Assembly (NCBI GenBank): GCA_049970895.1
Contig: JBMFMB010000010.1
Location: 1 to 52,690 of the forward strand
Origin: Candidatus Bathyarchaeia archaeon
GTDB lineage: Archaea; Thermoproteota; Bathyarchaeia; Bathyarchaeales; Bathycorpusculaceae
Length of the DNA: 52,690 nucleotides
Direction of reading: 5' to 3'
The first letter of the stretch is position 1, and the number at the start of each line of letters is the position of its first letter. Below the pieces are notes generated by a model. That model did not search any database. It saw nothing but the letters and a program-made list of their open reading frames with translations, and was not told the DNA's origin. Below are positions 20,374-30,621 of the stretch, piece after piece. Made by a program: the position numbers and the translations under genes.

Positions 20374-21420
20374 TCACTTACCTAGCACGATAACCTTTAG
20401 GCTCTCTTTATCCTCTAAGGCTGTTTTAAAGGCTTTGGCAATATCATCAAGTGGGAAGCGATGAGTTATCAAATCCTTTACGCGAATCTTTCCAGACTTT
20501 ATCAGTTCTAGGGCTTCCCTAGTTTCCACGTGGGAAGTCGAATATGACGGGATTATTTGCAGTTCGTTGAAGAAAAGTTGTTTTGGGCTTACCTCCAAAA
20601 ATTTTCCAGGGTCGGTTGGGGCAAAAACACAGAGTTTCCCACCCTTTCTGCATACGCCTAACCCAGTCTTGTAGGCTTCTAGATTTGGAGCTGAAACGAT
20701 TGCTAGGTCAACACCCCTACCACTAGTTTCTCTTCGAACGATCGCGGCTAAATTCTCTTTTAACAGATTTACAGCGACGTCAGCTCCGAACTTTTCGGCA
20801 GCCTTCAGGCGGAAGTCAACCAAGTCGCTTACAATAACCTTTCCAGCGCCAAAAATCTTAGCCAAAATAGTGTGGATTATGCCTGTTGTTCCAGCGCCTA
20901 TTATCGCAACTGAGTCACCCTTTTGAATGCCACATTTTTTGATGGCTCTTATGCAACAGCCAACTGGTTCTATTAGGGTGGCTTCTTCGAAGGATAGATT
21001 GTAGGGAATTTTTAGCGTGTCCAATTGGAGGTTTGGGGCTGGAACTTTAAAGTATTCGGCGAAACCTCCTGGAAAGATGTTTGTTTTGTGAAACTGCTCG
21101 CATAAAGTGTAATCTCCATGTAGGCAGTAGTGGCATTTCAAACAAGCGACATGATGGTGGACGAAAACTCTGTCTCCAACATCAAAATTTTTAACAGCCC
21201 TTCCCTTCTCAACAATAACACCAGACGGTTCGTGCCCAAGAACCAGTGGAGCGCGATTTTTCAGATACCAATCCATTAAATCAGAGCCGCAGATTCCGCA
21301 AGCTTTCATCTCAACAAGAACCTCATCGTTGCCAATTTCTGGAATTGGCATTTCCTCAATTTTTATGTCCAACTGACCATAATACACGGCTGCTTTCATT
21401 TTAGGCTCAATGGTTTTCAC
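20374..21420 (-). CDS. Zinc-dependent alcohol (polyol/threonine-type) dehydrogenase
   Basis: CGSD, LGHE, CLKCHYC...C and GAGTTG motifs. Confidence 0.92.
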   Translation of the reverse strand: MKTIEPKMKAAVYYGQLDIKIEEMPIPEIGNDEVLVEMKACGICGSDLMDWYLKNRAPLVLGHEPSGVIVEKGRAVKNFDVGDRVFVHHHVACLKCHYCLHGDYTLCEQFHKTNIFPGGFAEYFKVPAPNLQLDTLKIPYNLSFEEATLIEPVGCCIRAIKKCGIQKGDSVAIIGAGTTGIIHTILAKIFGAGKVIVSDLVDFRLKAAEKFGADVAVNLLKENLAAIVRRETSGRGVDLAIVSAPNLEAYKTGLGVCRKGGKLCVFAPTDPGKFLEVSPKQLFFNELQIIPSYSTSHVETREALELIKSGKIRVKDLITHRFPLDDIAKAFKTALEDKESLKVIVLGK

Positions 21421-21527
21421 GGCGACTGAACACTTAAGACTTTTGCAATCATTAGCCCAGCATCATATTGCTTTTATACCAGTAATGAGCGTAGAATAGC
21501 CTTAAAGCAGAATAAGTGGTGTAGGAA

Positions 21528-21881
21528 ATGAAGATTGAAAAGGCGGAACTTGTGGCATACACCATCATAGCCGTAGGCTTAATATTGCTTGTCATAACCT
21601 TCATAATGGCTTATCTAAGACTGGAATCCGTTGCAAGTATAATAACATCTCAGAACATTTCAGAAGCCCTTGGACAAATCTTCGGACCAATAGTTGAGGC
21701 TGTTATTAGAATCATGTTTCTAGGCATAATGGGTTGGATAGGCTCAATAGTGACAATGAGGGGCATACAACTCTACAAGGAGGCAAAGATTAAGGTGGTG
21801 GCTCCCATTCCTCCAAAATCTCAGCAATCACCAACCACCGCCACCTTCATCTCAGCAAAATCAACAAACCCAGCCAGCTAA
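21528..21881 (+). CDS. Hypothetical two-TM membrane protein
   Basis: Two hydrophobic helices; GGTG Shine-Dalgarno-like sequence upstream. Confidence 0.7.
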   Translation: MKIEKAELVAYTIIAVGLILLVITFIMAYLRLESVASIITSQNISEALGQIFGPIVEAVIRIMFLGIMGWIGSIVTMRGIQLYKEAKIKVVAPIPPKSQQSPTTATFISAKSTNPAS

Positions 21882-21920
21882 AACCTAAAGAGAGTTTAAA
21901 ACAGGCAGAGGAACCCAAAA

Positions 21921-22691
21921 TTGCGGCATATAGTTAGAGCCTTAAGATTAGTAACTGTAGTTCTGTGGTTCGCTGTTTTACTAATGCCCGCTACTGTGGC
22001 TCTCTCGTTATGGCAGATTTTCGAAGCGAGGAACAATGTAGCCCTAGAAAAGCCCAACTTTTCCATGTCAAATGGAAACTTTTCCATTTCAGTACCCTTC
22101 TTCATTAATAACACAGGCTTTTATGACATTTCAGAGTTATTTGCAAAAATACACATGTATGATAAAAATGAAAAAATCGCAGAGTTTACAACAGAACCAT
22201 TAAATATCCCAGCGGGAAGAATGGTTGAGTCCAGTCTAAACGTTTCTGGCAATTTAGCAGATATGATTTCGAAGGACAGCGAGCTCCTAACAAATAGCAA
22301 AAACTTAGATATCGGTGTTGCCCTACACTTTCAAGTGGCTTATATACTAGCCTTCAACATTGCAAGAAACTTCACATATAATTGGGGTGCACCCTTCAGC
22401 AACCTAACCGTAGATTATAAGCCCATCAACACTACGCACATTTCTTTTTTGATAAGCTTTTATAATAATGCCTCATTCCCATTAAGCGGACCATTAAAGG
22501 TTGAGCTTTTTAATCTTCAAAATGTTTCCATAGGTCCGGTGGCGCAAATGGCGCAAACCCTGGATGTAGCCCCTAACGAATGCTATCAATGTTCATTTAC
22601 CTTTGAAGCAGCTGAAACGGGCATAATCCGCCTATTTTTTGCGGACATATTAATCATTGAAAGGCGTTGGGGTCTCCATGAGCGAAGTTGA
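21921..22691 (+). CDS. Hypothetical membrane-anchored, probably glycosylated beta-rich protein
   Basis: N-terminal TM helix and many N-X-S/T sequons. Confidence 0.7.
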   Translation: MRHIVRALRLVTVVLWFAVLLMPATVALSLWQIFEARNNVALEKPNFSMSNGNFSISVPFFINNTGFYDISELFAKIHMYDKNEKIAEFTTEPLNIPAGRMVESSLNVSGNLADMISKDSELLTNSKNLDIGVALHFQVAYILAFNIARNFTYNWGAPFSNLTVDYKPINTTHISFLISFYNNASFPLSGPLKVELFNLQNVSIGPVAQMAQTLDVAPNECYQCSFTFEAAETGIIRLFFADILIIERRWGLHERS

Positions 22692-23142
22692 AGCAGAAGC
22701 TAAACGAAATCGCCGAAAACTTGTTAATAAAACTGTTAAGGCTGCGGTTGTGACAGCCATTTACGGAGTGATTTGGTTCATCATATGGCTTTTGCTTCCA
22801 AGTTTTTTGGAACCAATCTTCAAACAGTTTCCAGCATTATTCCAGCGATTTTCGACACTATATTGGGTTTTGGCTTACGTTTCGCTTTTCTTCACATTCG
22901 CCACGAGAATCAGCGAAGGCACTATTTACAAATACATCCTCATCATCATAAGGTCCTTCTTCATTATAGTTTATACCATTTGTTCAACAAACTTTGGCAT
23001 CTTCACCATAAATTTTGAAGGTTTCGCTTTCACTGTGGAGTTTATTCCGCTTCTAGCAATAATGGTTGCAATAAACCTTCTATCAATAGCTGGCGGACTT
23101 ATCCAAGCCATAGAATTTGCAGCCCAAACTCCAGAAGACTAG
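22678..23142 (+). CDS. Hypothetical multi-TM membrane protein
   Basis: About four hydrophobic helices; ATG 22678 overlaps the upstream gene end. Confidence 0.7.
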   Translation: MSEVEAEAKRNRRKLVNKTVKAAVVTAIYGVIWFIIWLLLPSFLEPIFKQFPALFQRFSTLYWVLAYVSLFFTFATRISEGTIYKYILIIIRSFFIIVYTICSTNFGIFTINFEGFAFTVEFIPLLAIMVAINLLSIAGGLIQAIEFAAQTPED

Positions 23143-23191
23143 CCTCCAAATAATTTATTTACTCCTCAACGTTTGGTGGTGAAGGATAAAG

Positions 23192-24123
23192 ATGAAAATC
23201 TGGTTCAAGCCAGTTATAACTCTCATAATAGTAAAAGTCATATTGGGCGTTCTATTAATTTTTTATCTCCCCATAATGGGGAAACGCCCAATATGCAATT
23301 AGTTCTGAAAATTCGAGTTTCCTAAAGTATGTTGTGAGCGAAGGGTTTGTCGGCGAACTTACACATACAATCAGAATTACGAACCAACGCAGAACCAACG
23401 CAGAGCAGACGGCGTAAACCTTTACGTTCCGCTGGTTAGAAATGAAACTGCCAGACACTATGTCATACTCTACAATGTTAAGTTCGACAAGAGACTAAGC
23501 CTACTATCCGATGGTTCCGGAAACGTGTAAATTTGCTGGAAAAACTTGGCAATTTTGCAAGGTCAAACCCTTACTTGGAACTTGACTATAAGGTTCTCTC
23601 CTTCAGCCTTACTTATACTGTTAACTCAAGCATGATAGGAAGTATAACAAAAATTCAGGCTTTACATGAAATATACGCAGTCCGAAAAGCTCATAGAATC
23701 GAACAATGAGAAAATTATTGAAAAGGCACAGAAGTAAGACTTTTCGACGAGCAAAATGTCCAATTAACAGCCCTTCAACCAAAATGTTTGACGGCGTTTT
23801 TTTCATAAAAACATTACCGCAACTATTCAAAGGATCGAACAGGCAGAAACAGCCATTTTAATCGGAAAAATTTTTGGTGTATCCCTAATTTTCCCAGCTG
23901 AAATGCGGAGAATAGAATAAAGGCTTCAAGAGGTTAGAATCCACGTCCAAAATGCCATAGACTCTTGAGAAACCTCCGCCCAAATTGCAAACATAAACGC
24001 TCAAACAGCTTTTGAGGAGGAGAAAAGCACTTTAAACACTGTTTGGCTGCTAATCTTTAAAACCTTTGCCATTTATATGGCTATTTTGACATTTTCACTG
24101 TTTGTCGTGCTTTTCTTTGTTAG
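23192..24123 (+). pseudogene. Decayed secreted transglutaminase-like protein
   Basis: Signal-like MKIWFKPVITLIIV..., then frameshifted pieces LYVPLVRNETARHYVILYN, DGSGN, LDYKVLSFS and YTQSEKLIESNNEKIIEKAQK; many stops; catalytic core not recognisable. Confidence 0.55.
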
Positions 24124-24209
24124 GCGTTTTGAAAAGGGTTTATCTGAAGGAGCTGGCGTAAGCCATATAGCCACAAACAGCTCGTAAACTTAGTGTAATG
24201 TGGGTTTAG

Positions 24210-25433
24210 ATGCAAAAGTCTTATTCAAGACTGCTAGGAATTGTTGGAAAACCCAACACTGGGAAATCAACATTTTTCAGTGCTGCGACCCTTGTGCCAG
24301 CTGAGATTGCAAACTATCCCTTTACTACAATAAAGCCCAATAGAGGAGTTGGCTACGTGAGAACACCTTGCGTCTGCAAGGAGTTTGGGGTTAAGGACAC
24401 ACCCGTAAACTCTCTATGCATCGATGGTGTTCGCCTAATCCCGGTGGAATTCATCGACTGTGCTGGGTTGGTTCCGGGCGCATGGCAAGGGAGAGGTTTA
24501 GGCAACCAGTTCTTGGACGAGATAAGGAAGGCTGACGTGTTAATCCATATTGTGGATGCTTCCGGCGGCACGGATTCTGAAGGTAGAATATGCAAGCCCG
24601 GCGAGCACGACCCGGTTGAAGATGTGAAGTTTCTTGAAAATGAGATAACGATGTGGATGGCTAACATCCTCAAAAGGGATTGGGCTAAAATTGCAAGGAC
24701 AGCTGAATCTGGGTCAACAGACCTCCTTTCGATTTTGGAGGAAAGGCTCAGCGGCTTGGCTATAAGAAGGGCGCACATTTTCGAGGCTGTAAGAAGGACG
24801 GGGTTAAATGCTGACAAACCCACAAGCTGGAGCGAGGAAGACTTCATAAGATTTATTGATACTTTAAGGCGGATTGCAAAGCCGATGCTGATAGCGGCAA
24901 ACAAGATGGATGTGCCAACAGCCGAAGAAAACCTTGAAAGGCTCAAGAAACTCAACTATCTAGTTGTTCCATGCTGTGCTGAAGCTGAACTTGCATTACG
25001 CAGAGCCGCAGAAAAAAAGTTAATAGACTATAGACCTGGAGACTGCACCTTTAAGATCAACGCCCCCGAGAAGCTTACCGAAAGCCAGCTTAAAGCTTTG
25101 GAAACTATTAGGGAGAAGGTTTTGTTGAAATTTGGTTCCACGGGCGTTCAAGAAGCTATAAACATGGCATATTTCAAACTTTTAAATATGATTACGGTTT
25201 ATCCAGTTGAGGATTTGGAGCATTTATCCGATCATCATGGAAGGGTTTTGCCGGACGCCTACCTGGTGCCATATGGAACAACCGCCCGCGAGCTCGCCTA
25301 CTTAATCCACACAGAGCTTGGTGAAAGCTTCATTTACGCCATAGAAGCCAGAGAGAGAAAACGTGTTGGGGAAGACTACGTATTGAAGGATAGGGATGTC
25401 ATCTCAATAGTGAGTGCCAAAAAGAGAGCATAA
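24210..25433 (+). CDS. ychF: YchF/Obg-family ATPase with TGS domain
   Basis: GKPNTGKST, NYPFTT, DCAGL, GLGNQFL and NKMD motifs; C-terminal TGS domain. Confidence 0.93.
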   Translation: MQKSYSRLLGIVGKPNTGKSTFFSAATLVPAEIANYPFTTIKPNRGVGYVRTPCVCKEFGVKDTPVNSLCIDGVRLIPVEFIDCAGLVPGAWQGRGLGNQFLDEIRKADVLIHIVDASGGTDSEGRICKPGEHDPVEDVKFLENEITMWMANILKRDWAKIARTAESGSTDLLSILEERLSGLAIRRAHIFEAVRRTGLNADKPTSWSEEDFIRFIDTLRRIAKPMLIAANKMDVPTAEENLERLKKLNYLVVPCCAEAELALRRAAEKKLIDYRPGDCTFKINAPEKLTESQLKALETIREKVLLKFGSTGVQEAINMAYFKLLNMITVYPVEDLEHLSDHHGRVLPDAYLVPYGTTARELAYLIHTELGESFIYAIEARERKRVGEDYVLKDRDVISIVSAKKRA

Positions 25434-25442
25434 CTCGCCAAC

Positions 25443-26225
25443 CTAGGCTCCAAAACGTCTTTTTCGCTTCTGAAAAGTTCTAACAGCTCTCAGTAAATCA
25501 ATAAGCCTAAAATCCGGCCAATATACGTCTAGGAAGCAAAGTTCGCTGTAGGCGGACTGCCACAATAAGAAACCGCTAAGTCTCTCCTCTCCAGAGGTCC
25601 TTATTATTAAGTCTGGGTCTTGTTTTGGCAGGTGTGAGGTGTAGAGGTGCTGCTCAAAGAGTTCTTCATCAACGTCTTCTGGGGCTAGCTCCTTTTTCTG
25701 GACTTTTTCTGCGATTTTCCTCGCAGCATCCACTATTTCGGCTCTTCCACCGTAGGCGAAGGCTACGTTTAAAAAGTGCCTGTCATAGTTCTGCGTTGCC
25801 CTCTCCACGTCAGCTATAATTTTCTGTAGATTCTCCGGAAGCAAGTTTGTTCTGCCGATGACTTTGACCCGAACCTTGTTTTTGTGGATCCTCTCATCCG
25901 TTATAATCCTCTGAAGCTTTTCAGAAGCAATTCGCATAATTTCCTCAACTTCTTTTGGGGGGCGGCGGAAGTTTTCTGTTGAAAAGGCATAGAGTGTTAT
26001 GGACTTAACATTAAGCTTTAAACACCATTCTAGAAGCTTCTCAACCTTTTCAGCTCCTTCCTTGTGGCCATACCATGGGTCAAGGTCTCTCTCCGAAGCC
26101 CACCGCCTATTCCCATCCAAGATTACGGCTATGTGTTCAGGCTTAACGCCACTTTTAACCTGGTGCCAAAGCCACTTCTCATAGAGCTTGTATGCGCCGA
26201 TGGCTGAAAATATAGACCTTAGCAT
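25443..26225 (-). CDS. uppS: cis-prenyltransferase (polyprenyl diphosphate synthase)
   Basis: HIAVILDGNRRW, FSTENF, RTSGEERLS and RRFG motifs. Confidence 0.96.
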   Translation of the reverse strand: MLRSIFSAIGAYKLYEKWLWHQVKSGVKPEHIAVILDGNRRWASERDLDPWYGHKEGAEKVEKLLEWCLKLNVKSITLYAFSTENFRRPPKEVEEIMRIASEKLQRIITDERIHKNKVRVKVIGRTNLLPENLQKIIADVERATQNYDRHFLNVAFAYGGRAEIVDAARKIAEKVQKKELAPEDVDEELFEQHLYTSHLPKQDPDLIIRTSGEERLSGFLLWQSAYSELCFLDVYWPDFRLIDLLRAVRTFQKRKRRFGA

Positions 26226-26228
26226 TTA

Positions 26229-27023
26229 TTAGAGCCTCGCATTTTTAAGCGCGTTAACACATGGGCAACTTTTCCGCTCAACGGGTAGAGCCTCAACAGT
26301 CCCAATTAAGAGTTGCTCTATTTTAGGCTGAACTCTTCGTGAAATGTCAAAGACCTCCTTTGGTGTCAAGCGCTTCTGCATGCCAGCAGCCATATTAGAA
26401 ACAAAACAGACACATGCATAACAAATTTCAAGTTCTCTGGCAAGCACAACCTCTGGTAAACCGGTCATGCCAACAATATCGAAGCCCAGACGCCTAAACA
26501 TTTCAATCTCAGCGGGGGTTTCAAAACGCGGTCCCTCGGTGCAAACGAGCACAGCTTTAGGCTGAACTGTCAAACCAAGCTTTTCAGCAGTTTCAATTAG
26601 AACCTTGCGAATTTCTGGGCAGTATGGTTGAGAAACGTCAATATGTGTAACTGGGGCTTCATCATAAAAAGTTGTAGGACGAGTTTTTGTGAAATCTGCA
26701 AAATCATGGGGAACAACAATGTCGCCTGGTTTTAAGCTCCTATTTATTGCGCCAACAGCATTGACGGCTATAATTCTTTCCACACAAACCTCATACAACG
26801 CGTAAATGTTCGCTCTATAATTCACTTTGTGTGGAGGAACAGAATGCTCAACGCCATGCCTTGGAAGAAAAACAACTTCTCTGCTCTTGAGCTCTCCAAT
26901 AAATAATGGTGGGGGAACACCATATGGTGTTCCAACGATAACCTTTTCGAAGTTTGTAAAGAGTTTTTCGAAACCTGTTCCGCCGATAACAGCAATTCTA
27001 GCCTTCTTCCTTAGGCTTTTCAA
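26229..27023 (-). CDS. mtnP: Methylthioadenosine/purine nucleoside phosphorylase
   Basis: IGGTG, LPRHG, EGPRFET and VGMT motifs; SNMAAG may indicate an inosine/MTI-type specificity. Confidence 0.85.
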   Translation of the reverse strand: MKSLRKKARIAVIGGTGFEKLFTNFEKVIVGTPYGVPPPLFIGELKSREVVFLPRHGVEHSVPPHKVNYRANIYALYEVCVERIIAVNAVGAINRSLKPGDIVVPHDFADFTKTRPTTFYDEAPVTHIDVSQPYCPEIRKVLIETAEKLGLTVQPKAVLVCTEGPRFETPAEIEMFRRLGFDIVGMTGLPEVVLARELEICYACVCFVSNMAAGMQKRLTPKEVFDISRRVQPKIEQLLIGTVEALPVERKSCPCVNALKNARL

Positions 27024-28170
27024 CTTTCTCTTCAGACTCCTTGAAAAATCCTTTTGCAGATCTATGAATCACAACTATAACCAGCAGTGAGGCGATGCCA
27101 AGTAAAATGCCGACAACAATTGAGAATATCAAAATTTCGTAGCCTATTTTGGGGTTTATCAGAATGTTGGAGGCGGATTCTAGGATTTGCCTAGTCCACC
27201 CAACCAGGACAATTAAGGCTACGTTGCGTAAAAGCCTCGCATCCCTCTCAAAATACCAGCGTATAGCCCTACCGGTTAATGCTAAACAAACCCCTACTAT
27301 TACAAGGTCTTTTGAGCCCATAATAAAGTGCCCTACGACTTGTGGTGAGAAAACGTTCAGCCAGTGGGAGGTGTCTACATATGGGGAGGCTTCATCATAT
27401 CCTAGGTAAAAGCCTATTCCTACACATAATATGCCAGCAAGCGCCGAAAATACAGAAATCTGCACTGGAAGAGGTGGCGGAGAATATTCTTTCATCCAAA
27501 TATAGGCCTTCTTTACCATTTTGTCAACGCCGAAGCCCTTGATGAACATGTACGTTCCTAAAACAATGATGAAAGCCATCAAATAGTAGTGGACTAAGCC
27601 GAATATTGCAAGAACCCCTAAAATTAGGAAGAGGAGTCCGGGCAAACCTAATGCTATACGGGAGTATTTTGGATTCTCCAGAATCATCTTGAAATATCTG
27701 GAGAATAGGGCGGCTGTCTCCTCTATGGATTCACTGTGCTTAACAACTATTCTCCTTACTGATGAAACTGGCACCCTCGACTCTATTAGGGGTAAAACTG
27801 CCTCATCAGAATAGCCGTCTGTAACGAGGATAATTTCGCTGGCTGGGAAAGACTGCAACACTTCGCCTAACTCGGCAACTATCTTTCTGTCGGCGCTAAT
27901 GCTTCCAAACTCCGAACCAGAGATTGTTGCAATTTCAAAGACTTCATCTGGTTTGTTCTCGCCGATGAGGCGGTCGTAAACTCTTATGGCTTCAAACATG
28001 GCGTTTGCGTCGGGCTCTTCAGGATCTTTTAGGGCTAAGGAAACCGCCGCATTTAGGTTTTTATCTCTCCCGATTAAAGGCGTTTTTATTTCTGCTTTTG
28101 TTGTTAGGTCTCCGTCTCTGTCAACGCAGAGGATTAGGATTCTTTTCTGTTTCTGCTCCGTTTCAGTCAT
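26998..28170 (-). CDS. DUF373 family membrane protein
   Basis: LCVDRDGD, DPEEPDAN and VTDG motifs followed by multiple TM helices. Confidence 0.88.
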   Translation of the reverse strand: MTETEQKQKRILILCVDRDGDLTTKAEIKTPLIGRDKNLNAAVSLALKDPEEPDANAMFEAIRVYDRLIGENKPDEVFEIATISGSEFGSISADRKIVAELGEVLQSFPASEIILVTDGYSDEAVLPLIESRVPVSSVRRIVVKHSESIEETAALFSRYFKMILENPKYSRIALGLPGLLFLILGVLAIFGLVHYYLMAFIIVLGTYMFIKGFGVDKMVKKAYIWMKEYSPPPLPVQISVFSALAGILCVGIGFYLGYDEASPYVDTSHWLNVFSPQVVGHFIMGSKDLVIVGVCLALTGRAIRWYFERDARLLRNVALIVLVGWTRQILESASNILINPKIGYEILIFSIVVGILLGIASLLVIVVIHRSAKGFFKESEEKVEKPKEEG

Positions 28171-28213
28171 CTGTTTTCTTCCAATAATACTTACTATGAA
28201 AATTACTTTAAGT

Positions 28214-29080
28214 TTATGCTAGCCCCTTCTCGGCTAACACCTTAAATTCTTCCCATGTCAGCTTTTCGCCACGCTTTAATTTTTCAACAGCCTGCCTTTC
28301 CATAGTTTCCAGAAGCTTTTCCTCGATTTCCCTTCGCTTTTTCTCCTCTTCAATTGAAATTTCTTCCCTAAACCGTCTAATCTCGTTCAAGATTTTTGCA
28401 ATTTCCGTTTGAAGGGACTTTATCTTATCCTTAGTTTGGAGGTAAAGCCTATGAAAATTGTCCGCCCCGCTTTTAATTTTCTTTGCTTCATCAACCCTCT
28501 TTAACAGTTCTTCATGAATTTGCTGGCTTTTCTCTGCGTGTTCCACTATGTTTTTGTGGTACTGTTCAACCCTTGCTTGTAGGGCTTTTAACTCAGCCTT
28601 CAACTCGATCCTTTTCTGGTTTAGCTGCTCAAATTTCTTGTGAATGCTGATTTGGCTTTCCAGCTCTTTAACCTGCTCAACAAGTTTTTTCTCCTCTTGT
28701 AGGCTTAGGGGTGTCGTTTGAATCTTCCATTCGAGGCTTTCGGCTTTCTTCTCTAAAACTTTAGGGCCCCGCGGAGGCTTCTTTTTCATGAGTAGCTCAA
28801 GTTCTTCCCTCAAATTTTTAAGTTCCGCAAGTTTTTGGGCTATTTCCGCTTCAGTTTGGCTTCTCTGCTCCTTTAACTCCTTAACCTTTGCGTTTATTTC
28901 GTCTCGAGCGTTTTTAAGCCTAAAAATTTCACTCCGTAGGTTTTTCAGCTCCTGGTTTAGCTTGTCTCTTTTTTCTGCAAGGCTCTTTGCTTCGGTTTCT
29001 AGTGTATTTTTCTGTTCTCTTAAAGCTGAAAGTTTTTCGGTTAATTCCTCAATTTTCCGTGTTTTCTCGTTTTTTGACAA
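28214..29080 (-). CDS. Archaeal coiled-coil protein (COG1340-like)
   Basis: Heptad-rich sequence with LEWKIQT and KLKRGEKLTWEEF. Confidence 0.85.
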   Translation of the reverse strand: MSKNEKTRKIEELTEKLSALREQKNTLETEAKSLAEKRDKLNQELKNLRSEIFRLKNARDEINAKVKELKEQRSQTEAEIAQKLAELKNLREELELLMKKKPPRGPKVLEKKAESLEWKIQTTPLSLQEEKKLVEQVKELESQISIHKKFEQLNQKRIELKAELKALQARVEQYHKNIVEHAEKSQQIHEELLKRVDEAKKIKSGADNFHRLYLQTKDKIKSLQTEIAKILNEIRRFREEISIEEEKKRREIEEKLLETMERQAVEKLKRGEKLTWEEFKVLAEKGLA

Positions 29081-29853
29081 TTAGGTTCTCCTTTTCTGCC
29101 TAACCCATTGGAGGATCTGTCGGATTAATCTTGTCCCCTCTTCTGAGGAAAATAATGGTAGATCCCAATTTTCGGTGATTTTCCATCTGGTGACGCTTTG
29201 ATTTGCAATCCTTTTTTGGTATGACTCTTTATAAATGAGTATGCCCCTTCTCTGCCATGGTGGTGTTTTAGCCAAATTTACGCCATGTTTAAAAAGTGTT
29301 TCATGGAGTTCCTCGGTTTTCATGCCCTCAATTTTTTGGCTATTTCTGATGGCTTGTAGCCCATTTTTCTGAAAAGCCAATAAGCATAAGCATTATTGTG
29401 GTTTCTCCAAGCATTTGTTTGCCTCCAACTCAAATACTCCAATATTTTTTCATCGTTTGGGGTGACTATTATACGGGAGTCGAAGGCTGCAACAACTTTT
29501 TTGCCGAAAAACTTCTGCAGTTGGAGGGAGAATGCTGCTGAGACAAGGCTGGGTATAACCGAGTCTATCTTTTCAATTCTGCCGTTAAATGGTGCCTTGC
29601 CATCAAAAAGTATGTTTAATTCATCGCTGACTATGTAAACCAGTGTTGGGCTGAATCCCTTTTCAAGTAATATTTTGCCGGAATGGACATGGCATTGGGC
29701 AAACCTTTCGTCGAAGGGTTTCTCTGCGCCTATGTGCTCTGCAAGGGCGCGAAACTTCCAGCCGTCAAGCCTCATGAAAAATGGTGTTTCCAATGGAACA
29801 GAGGCTTTTGAGAAAATTTCGCTTTTAACCCAGCCTTTAAAACTTTCAGCCAT
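29081..29853 (-). pseudogene. tRNA(His) guanylyltransferase Thg1-like protein split by a single frameshift
   Basis: RLDG, SDE, FDSR and WRQ in 29320-29853; LHETLF-GVN-PPWQRRG in 29081-29380; frame change at an A6 run near 29332-29337. Confidence 0.85.
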
Positions 29854-29879
29854 TCCCTTTACCTAAGCTCCAGCCATAC

Positions 29880-30575
29880 TTATTCGAGGATTATTCTTGC
29901 GTCCACTGTTTTGGCGCCTTTCTCATAAACCATTATTGGGTTTAGGTCAAGCTCCTTAATTTCTGGATGTTCAGAAACAAGCCTTGAGGTTTTTAGGAGA
30001 ATTTGCACTATGGCTTCTATGTCTGCTGGTGGCACCCCCCTATACCCTTTCAGAAGCGGGTAAGCCTTAACCTCGCTAATCATTTCACGGGCTTCCTCCT
30101 CAGTTATTGGCACAATTCTGAATGTGACATCCTTCAAAACCTCTACGAACACGCCCCCAAGCCCAAACATTAGGGCATGACCGAACTGGGGGTCTTTGAT
30201 GGCTCCAACAATGACTTCTGTTGATGGAGGAGCCATTTCCTGAACTAGAATGCCCAAAATTTCAGCGTCTTTCCTATGCTTTTTTACATTTTCCATTATT
30301 TGTTTGTAGGCTTTCCTCACTTCTTTTGAGTTTTTAAGGTTGAGCATGACCCCTCCAACATCAGACTTATGGAGGATGTCTGGCGAAACAATTTTTAAAA
30401 CGACTGGATGGCCTATCTCCTCTGCAAATTTTACGGCTTCAGCCTCGCTTTTAGCCAACCTAAACCTAGTGACTGGGATGCCATATTCCATGCAAACGCT
30501 TTTTGCCTCCATCTCCAACAAGTGCTTCCTTCCAGCCTTGCGAACCTCTGCGAATATGCTGCTTACCTTACTCAT
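29880..30575 (-). CDS. ADP-forming acetate-CoA ligase beta subunit (ATP-grasp)
   Basis: VLKIVSPDILHKSDVGGV, DPQFG, FGLGG, LDLNP and VDARI motifs. Confidence 0.92.
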   Translation of the reverse strand: MSKVSSIFAEVRKAGRKHLLEMEAKSVCMEYGIPVTRFRLAKSEAEAVKFAEEIGHPVVLKIVSPDILHKSDVGGVMLNLKNSKEVRKAYKQIMENVKKHRKDAEILGILVQEMAPPSTEVIVGAIKDPQFGHALMFGLGGVFVEVLKDVTFRIVPITEEEAREMISEVKAYPLLKGYRGVPPADIEAIVQILLKTSRLVSEHPEIKELDLNPIMVYEKGAKTVDARIILE

Positions 30576-30621
30576 GCTTTCAGTCCTCGGAGAATTGTAG
30601 CATTTAAGTTGCTTTTTAAAA

